Assembly (NCBI RefSeq): GCF_006345805.1
Contig: NC_043007.1
Span: 7,936,001 to 8,000,000, forward strand
DNA: 64,000 nucleotides
Reading direction: 5' to 3'
DNA from: Octopus sinensis
Lineage: Eukaryota
Positions within the stretch are counted from its first letter, which is position 1; every line of letters begins with the position of its first letter. The notes below the pieces were generated by a model that was not told the DNA's origin, made no database searches, and saw nothing but the letters and a program-made list of their open reading frames with translations. Positions 55,261-64,000 of the stretch are shown piece by piece. Position numbers and translations under genes: made by a program.

Positions 55261-55982
55261 AGCTGTCATGTCTAGCAAATTGAGTTACCGTGTAACGGTA
55301 CTTGGTTGGACGTCTTAGTCTAAAAGACTGACGTAACTAAAATTCGTTGAGAGAGAATTGTTACATACTGAAGCAACAATATAATGGAATTGCAGCAGGG
55401 TGGAACGTTTTGATTAAAGAGATGAGTTAATTAATTAATGAGTGAACGAACTAATGAATTAATGAATGAATTAATGAATGAATGAATGAGAGTATAAGAG
55501 AATGAGAGAATTAATGAGTGAATGAATGAATAAGTGAATGAAAGAAAGAGTGAATGATATAATGAATGAGTGAAGGGATTAACGAGTGAGTGAATGAATA
55601 CGTGAATTGATTAATGAATTATCGAATGAGTGAATGACTTAATTAATGCGGTCAATGAATGAATCTTATTTGTCGCTTCCGAAGATACGACAAATGCAGA
55701 ATCACCCATCAATACATGTAACAGTGATTAAAGATTAAGAAGAGTTGATAATCCTCACCAAGACTAAATTAAGCCACCTATGGTGGCCCGCGCACTTATC
55801 AAGGGAATTATCTCACCCGAATATCTTGGGTTCAGAGAAAAGATAAAGCCAATACATCTGAGAGAGATAAAGATTTACAGGGGTTCCAAGAAGGTCGGCC
55901 ATGAAAGGTTCAAAAGCCTTCAACATACACAGTTACATACACCACACACATTCAGTTAGATAAGACAGACAGACAGACAGAC

Positions 55983-56059
<77 letters not shown>

Positions 56060-56063
<4 letters not shown>

Positions 56064-56220
56064 CCACGGCCTTCTTTCAGTTTCCGTCAACCAAATCCAC
56101 TGACAAGACATTGGTCGGCTTGGGACTATAGTAGAAGACACTTGCTCAAAGTACCACGCAGTAGGACTGAACCCAAAGTCATGTGATTGAGAAACAAGCT
56201 TCTTAACCACACAACCACTT
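56060..56220 (-). mobile_element. CORE-type SINE head next to (GATA)n
   Basis: Family motifs; the internal microsatellite position is occupied by (GATA)n. Confidence 0.7.
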
Positions 56221-56244
56221 TTTTAAAATTCATTTCAGTGTATG

Positions 56245-56331
<87 letters not shown>

Positions 56332-56561
56332 TTTAATGTCTTTTATGGTAAACTTTTTTTTGAGTACGCATATAAAAGTTCTTATGGATATTACAGATTA
56401 TATTGTTATCATATAGTCCAGGAATGCGGACTATGGTCACAAAAAGCATGTGGTTTGTGGAAACGCGCGATGCGATACACTAGAATATTCATAAATTTCA
56501 TCCATGGATGATTCTTATTATTATTATTATTAATATCATTACTATTATCATTATATATATA

Positions 56562-56596
<35 letters not shown>

Positions 56597-57899
56597 AGTG
56601 ATTTAATGACTAGGTGAATGGAGAAAAGAGTGAATGCCATAAAGAATGATTGAATGCATGCAAAGATTAATGAATTATTGAATTAGTGAATTAGTTAATC
56701 AATTAATGCGTCGAATGAATGAATGAATGAATGAATGAATGAATGAATGAATGCATAAATGTATGTGTGCATGTCTCGTTTTTGTATTTGTTCCACAAGA
56801 TTCTTGGAGTGAAACCATGTGTTGAAACCAATATTTTTATGCTTTGGGAAGGTCGTTTTTACCCACAAAAAATACACGCACTGGTAGTATGCCACTTCAT
56901 TTTCTTCTTATCAATCAACAAGTAAACTAATTAACTAATTAATTATTTGCAAGATTAATCAATCATCAGAGATCAATCAATTTATCAGAGTCCTTTTGTC
57001 ACACTTCTGCTACCTTATCGATAATGTATCTTCTGCTTCTGTACATCTGTCAGAAAAGATTGTGAAACTAGTAGAGCAGATGAGACAGACTGACCAATTA
57101 ACTGAGTGATTAATCAAACACTTAATTAAATAATTGATTCATTAGTTAATTAGCTGGCTTATAAAAATAAAAAAAAAGGACGGAAAATTTTTATTTGAGA
57201 AATAAACCTCCCAAAGTATAATTTTCACACAGACAAACAGACAGACAGACAGGTAGGCAGGTAAGCAGACAGACAGACAGATAGATTGATAAACAATAGA
57301 TGCAGATGTTTAGTTGCATCTCGGAAAGGTCATTGTGCAAATAATAAGCACACACATTGGTTTCATTTCACTTCTTTATAATTATTCGTCGAGTGGGTAG
57401 CCAATTGACGAAAGATTTTAAAGAAGTGAAGTTGATCCAGTGCGTGTGTTTATTGTTGGTGTACTGACCCTCCTGAGATACAACAAATTCTGTTGCAATC
57501 CACGAATTTACATCAAGATTTGAATTCAGAATGTGAAGGGGCGTAACTAGGTATTCAATACCATTTCGTCCTACTCTCTACACAATCTGTCTACACATCA
57601 CTCTGGACAGAAATCAGTTCGGATATCACTGAAGAGCTTTCAATAATAAATAAGATTTAACAAAATAACTCGATAACTGATTTAAGTTTTTAAAACATTG
57701 GTGAGCGATATATTTATGTCATATTTTCCCATTTTCAGGCATTAGATTGTGGCCATACTGGGGTACCACCTTAAAGGGTTTACTAAAAAAACGCCTCTAG
57801 CACTTATTTCTAAAGTCTGGAACTTATTTGATTAGTCTCTCTTACCGAACCACTATGTCATGGGTACATAAACAAATCAACAGCGGTGATAGGGGACAA

Positions 57900-57927
57900 A
57901 CACACACACACACATATATATATATAC

Positions 57928-57962
<35 letters not shown>

Positions 57963-58533
57963 CTATATATATATACATATTATATATATACATATATATA
58001 TATATACATTATATATATATACATATATATTATATACATATATATACAATATATATATATATACTATATATATATATATTACATATATATATATACATAT
58101 ATATATAATATATACATATATATATCTACATATATATATAATACATATATATATATATACATATATATATATACAATATATATATATATATATATATTAT
58201 ATACATATATATATATATATAACATATATATATATATATACATATATATACAATATATATATATACATTATATATATATACATACATTATATATATATAT
58301 ATATACTATATATATATACATATATATTATATATATATATATACATAGATATATATACATATAGATATATACATATATATATATACTATATATATATACA
58401 ATATATATACATATATATATATACATATATATATATACATATATATATATACATATATTATATACATATATATATATACATATATATATATACATATATA
58501 TATATACATATATATATATACATAATATATATA

Positions 58534-58568
<35 letters not shown>

Positions 58569-58624
58569 CAATATATATATATATATACTATATATATATA
58601 TATATACTATATATATATACATAC

Positions 58625-58657
<33 letters not shown>

Positions 58658-58892
58658 CATACATATATATATATATCTACATATATATATAATATATATA
58701 CATATATATACATATATATATACATATATATGTATATACATATATATATATACATATATATATACATATATATATATACATATATATATACATATATATA
58801 TATACATATATATATATACATATATATATATACATATATATATATACATATATATATATACATATATATATATACATATATATATATACATA

Positions 58893-58928
<36 letters not shown>

Positions 58929-58940
58929 TGTATGTATGCT
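57900..58940. repeat. ~1-kb C-interrupted (TA)n tract following a CORE-SINE tail (57740-57900, minus)
   Basis: Direct inspection. Confidence 0.95.
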
Positions 58941-59350
58941 ATTAAGGTTCTCATTTTTGTTAAATGAATAAATAATCCAACATTCTAATATCCAAAAGTT
59001 GATGAACCAACCAAATTGTTTCTCCATTTTCTTATTTGTATTATAAATTAATGGTTTCTTGTAACGCATCAACTTTACATTAACAAAGTTGTAAGCAACC
59101 AGCTTCCTTTTTATGGAGTCGTGTAAGAAGTCGTAGATTCGCGAGTTCGAATGACTTAATTCTTGATAAAGTTGTAGGGGCGTTTTATGAAATGCAACGC
59201 ATCTGTGGAATTTTTAATCCGAAAGAGTTCAAAATCCCTCTCTAGAACACAACCGATTTCTTTTGGAGAGAAAATGAAAATGAGATATAAAGAAAGGAAG
59301 ACGAACAACAAAATAATGCCCCCCCCCCCCACTAATAAACTGATATATTG

Positions 59351-59382
<32 letters not shown>

Positions 59383-59529
59383 TCTCAGATGCAGCACGAA
59401 GTTATGTTCATGAAGAGGTCGCGATTTTAAAAGCGACGAAAATATTTTGACACAAATAAAATTTAAATGTTGAAGTGATACTAACGGTTTTTGAGTGTTC
59501 TTAAATGGCTTACAAACATCCTCCACGCT

Positions 59530-59552
59530 GCAATTGTATGTATATATATATA

Positions 59553-59593
<41 letters not shown>

Positions 59594-59846
59594 GTATATA
59601 TTATATATATAATATATGTATATGTATATATATATATATATTGTATATGTATATATAATATATATATATTGTATATGTATATGTATATTATATATATATA
59701 TATATGTAATATATATATATATATATATATGTAATATATATATATATATGTATATGTATATATATATATGTATAGTATATATATATATATTATATATATA
59801 TGTATATTATATATATATAATATATATGTATATTATATATATATAT

Positions 59847-59878
<32 letters not shown>

Positions 59879-59889
59879 GTATATGTATG

Positions 59890-59926
<37 letters not shown>

Positions 59927-59944
59927 TATATGTATATGTATATG

Positions 59945-59976
<32 letters not shown>

Positions 59977-60021
59977 GTATATGTATATATGTATATGTAT
60001 ATATATATATAATATATATAT

Positions 60022-60074
<53 letters not shown>

Positions 60075-60089
60075 GTATATGTATTATAT

Positions 60090-60147
<58 letters not shown>

Positions 60148-60152
60148 ATATT
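59530..60152. repeat. G-interrupted (TA)n tract
   Basis: Direct inspection. Confidence 0.95.
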
Positions 60153-61384
60153 AATATCAAACGATCGCGAACGTTTGAAAGACAAAGTTGAGCTCGAAAG
60201 GACTACAAGAAATCGTATCTGAAGCTCTAACGAGTATGCCAACTCGCCAGCTTATAGATACGTAGATATCGATCTACCAATCAGTCTGATGTTAAACTAA
60301 TGTAATCATTATTTCCTTTATTTACAAGAGATCGCTCTGCCTCTACTGTTGGGCTCTAATTGTTGCTCAAACACTTAATACCCACAAATAAATCCTTCAT
60401 TTTCAGTAACAAAATCAAAAGCATTTTATCCAAGTTCAGGAAAAGCAACCATTTTTTTGTTTCTTTTCCAATAACAGGAGACGAAATTTTATGGGCATCA
60501 TTCCTATCCATTTTTGTCCATTATTTTCTTTCTTTTTTTCTCTCTCTCTCCTCCTGATTCTGTACATAATGGCTTCAAATATCAAAAACAAAAAAGCAAC
60601 AAAACCGAGTTTGAAGCTTACATTAAACTTCAAAGAATAGCAGTTAAGCTTCAAACAATTGGTTTGGTGTTAAATGTTTGGATCAAGGTTTACAATGTAC
60701 AAAAATAAATGCTTCAAACTTAAAAACTCACTTATAATTTAATCCTTAATTCTTAATGCAATATCTCAGCGTTCTTAGTGCAAAACCTTTTAACTCGCAA
60801 AACATTTTGCTCCCAACATTTAATTCACAAGCTGAATACTTGAGCTGGTCATCTACGGACATGAAATCTGGAGTAGAACCATTTACATCTATTCACTGTA
60901 AACTTGGGTCGAAACATAGAATGTACAAAGCACAAAGCATTTAAATCAAATATTTGAACATTATAACATTGTGATTAACGAACACAGATATGTCATATCG
61001 CATCTTTTCACTTAACAGGGAAACCAATGAACAAACGACCCTTTTTTTGACCCGGTCATAGATGTGCACATAACTGACCCAAAGCATTACAGACCACAGA
61101 TGTAAAAATGTATTTAGAAATCATTAAATCAATAAAATACACAAACGCCCACATTGTTTTCTGATATAGACATAAGGCCTCAAATTTTGGTAGTGTGTGC
61201 AGTCGATTATATCGACCCAATTCTGAACTTGTACTTTATTTTTTTATTTTCAGAAGGATAAACTGCGAAACCGACTCCAGTAGTATTCGAACTCAGAATT
61301 CAAAAAGTAAAAAGGTATTACTAAATCACAGTTTACGTTCCAATCCACTTTTAGCAAGAAAATAAAGAAATCAGCGTCACCTAC

Positions 61385-62090
61385 CTTGTAAATATCGTAT
61401 CATGACACAAACAGTTTTCCCAAAAATGAAGTCCTGCATTATGGTAGGTATTAGTGTGAAGGGCATACAGAAAACTGCCAGGAGAAGGTCACTGATGGAG
61501 AGGTTTAACAGAAACACATTGGTCACGGTTCTCATGCGCTTATTTTGGACAAGGGTAAGGATGACCAAAGAGTTACCAACAACGGCCAGTATGAAGATTA
61601 TGATGTAAAACGGTATCCGAATGTCCGTAATCCAATGCTTAAAGTTTCGAGTCGACGTTGTTTGGTTGCGTGCATTATTTGTGTTGCTATTGTTGTTGTT
61701 GTTGTCCCCGATGTCGCTGATGTTATCCATATCGTCAAAAAGACCATCGTACACATGAGGATGCGGATGGCTGTTATTGTTGTTGTTGTTGTGACGGCGT
61801 TTTTGCTGTTGGCGGTGATAAGAATAAGGATGGTCGTTGTGAGTTGGCTGCTGACGTTGGTTCAGGGGCAGCTGGTCACCGTCGAAATGGTAACCTACAC
61901 TTCCAGTTTCAAGATCGATTCCATCGCCCGTGCTATTATCGACGCCGTTGTTGTTGTTGTTGTTGGCGATGATGATGCTGTTGTATTTGTTTTTGTTAGT
62001 TTTGTTGTTGCTCCTGCTGATGGTGCCGTTTGTGTTATTGCTATTGAGATGGTAGCCACTGGAGTTTCGGCCTCTTGTGGGTCTCACCAT
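61385..62090 (-). CDS. CCKAR-like: Coding exon of a cholecystokinin/gastrin/sulfakinin-type class A GPCR (N-terminus, TM1, TM2, start of TM3)
   Basis: Translation IRIPFYIIIFILAVVGNSLVILTLVQNKRMRTVTNVFLLNLSISDLLLAVFCMPFTLIP...FIFGKTVC has the GN (TM1), LxxSD (TM2), CMPFTL and top-of-TM3 Cys motifs. NKRMRTVTN(V/I)FLL is typical of CCK/sulfakinin receptors. The track ORF starts at a GTG (62126); the first in-frame ATG is 62090 (GCGATGG) and an in-frame TGA lies at 62153-62151. Strong phase-1 donor CAA G|GTAGGT, with intron GT at 61384-61383. Confidence 0.93.
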
Positions 62091-63017
62091 CGCTATTGTT
62101 ACAGTAGTTGCTGTAACACCTGCCACACCTGCCGCACCTGCCGCACCTTGTCATACCTGTACCCCCACCAAAAGTATCGTAACTGACAATCAACAACAAA
62201 AATTTCTTCATTATTGAAAATGCTCCGAAACTTTGACTTTTTACATTAACCATGTTGACATCAGCATAGCGGAACCGTTGCTTAATAAACGAGCATCATT
62301 CTCTTTACACACACACACACACTTACACACAATCACACACTTTCTTTCTACCGCACACACGCACACACACACACACACACACGCACGCACACTCACTCAC
62401 ACGCTCTGTATAAGTGGCGATGGTGTGGCTGGATCAAACAGCGAAATTGTGAGTTCAATTCTTCAGCGGTGTTTTAAATTTTTCCTTGTCTGTTTCGCAC
62501 ATAAAATCCTGGATATTGGTCGAAAGTAGAATTTCCATCCGTGAAATAAACATCAGAAATATAACGAAATTGATTCATTTGACGAATGTCCTTCCATTCA
62601 ATTCACACACAAATAAATATATAAGTAAATAAAAGCATGTATAATAGTGCTTTTGTATCCAGTCCAAAGAAAACGACCTATAGCTCACTAGCATACAAAT
62701 GTACCAGTAAATGTAGATTTATAATATCTCACATGCCGACGAAACATTATTAAGTATAAGTGTCTGTATATATGTGTGTGTGTTTGTATGTATGTATGTA
62801 TGTATGTTTATATCTATGTATGCACGTATGTTTATATGTCTATCAAAACCTATTGGCATTTATATATATATATTTCTAAATTGCATACCTTGTCAACATA
62901 CCGTACGGTTAAGTAAGTATGTATGTTGTATTATATTGCAACATATGAACAATGAGCCAACAAAGTGTGTGTGTGTGTGTGAGCTTAGAACATCAACATA
63001 TTGGTAAGGTCTTTTGT

Positions 63018-63101
<84 letters not shown>

Positions 63102-63819
63102 ATATGTATGTATATATATATAAAGAATGGTCAACACACAGCAACTCGCAGACAGAGAGAAAAAGAAACAGAAAAATAAATTAATAACAAAAAAAATGCA
63201 AAACAAGCAATAAATTAACACATAAATAAAATAGAATTATAAATAAACAAATATATAAATAAATAAATACTTTTAAGTTAATAAATTTGTGAAAATCGCT
63301 CGGGAAAAAGTTGTGTAGCGGTTGCGCCGATTGCTGTAGTAGCAGCAACAAAAGTGTGTTTACACGTGAAATATCTTGGATAATAATGACTTCTAGCAGG
63401 AGCAGGACTTTTTTTTCTTTCTATAACCAACCAACCTTTTTGCTCTGTTTTCATAGCAATTTATAAACGTATTTATGAATCTGTGTGTATGCGAGTCTGT
63501 ATATGTGTGTGTGTATGCGAGTCTGTATATGTGTGTGTGTATGAGAGAGAGAGAGAGAGGGGGGGGGAGTGTGAGTGACTATGTAAGACTGATTTTTGTT
63601 TGTGTTTGTGTGTTTGTGTGTTGAGAAATTAATATCTGCGTAAGACTGTATGGTCGACTAGGAGTTTGTGCGCGCACGTGCGTACGTGTGTGTGTGTGTG
63701 TGTATGTGTGCGTATGTGTGTGGGGGTATAAATTAACGCAGGTGTGCGAGTAACTAAGACAGTTACTCTTTGATAGTGTGTATATATATTTTGTGTTTGT
63801 GTGTATGAGTGTGTGCATA

Positions 63820-64000
<181 letters not shown>

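Noticed and set aside
61545-62186. 213-aa plus-strand ORF
   Set aside because: Antisense shadow of the GPCR exon, with Val runs from (GTT)n and no independent motif.
63290-63420. Promoter of the receptor (CpG-containing patch with CACGTG)
   Set aside because: Plausible, but short motifs alone cannot support the call without TSS data.

Overview
Very AT-rich, microsatellite- and retroposon-saturated animal genomic DNA. The repeat families and composition suggest an octopus or other coleoid cephalopod; this is inference from pattern recognition, not a database match. The only convincing host gene is on the minus strand at the far end: a coding exon (ATG 62090 to splice donor after 61385) of a cholecystokinin/gastrin/sulfakinin-type class A GPCR, with a long Asn-rich N-terminus plus TM1, TM2 and the start of TM3. 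I found no downstream exon, so positions 1-61384 are probably one intron of more than 61 kb. That region holds tRNA-derived SINEs (Nin/Deu-domain monomers and a dimer, and CORE-type SINEs with an internal microsatellite), R4/Dong-type LINE remnants, an RTE-like zinc-finger 3' end, Penelope-like remnants, an apparently end-to-end hAT element with a 20-bp minisatellite, a hATm-like and a maT/mariner remnant, and a Helentron-associated (HINE-like) element carrying a Gypsy integrase fragment. The most notable patterns are (i) Dong-type LINEs and an unidentified ~550-bp element repeatedly sitting tail-to-tail in the (ATT)n tails of Nin-SINEs, (ii) the Gypsy-in-HINE capture, (iii) the subterminal minisatellite in the hAT, and (iv) several perfect or near-perfect palindromes. 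There are no prokaryotic systems or CRISPR arrays; most ORFs in the track are microsatellite artefacts.
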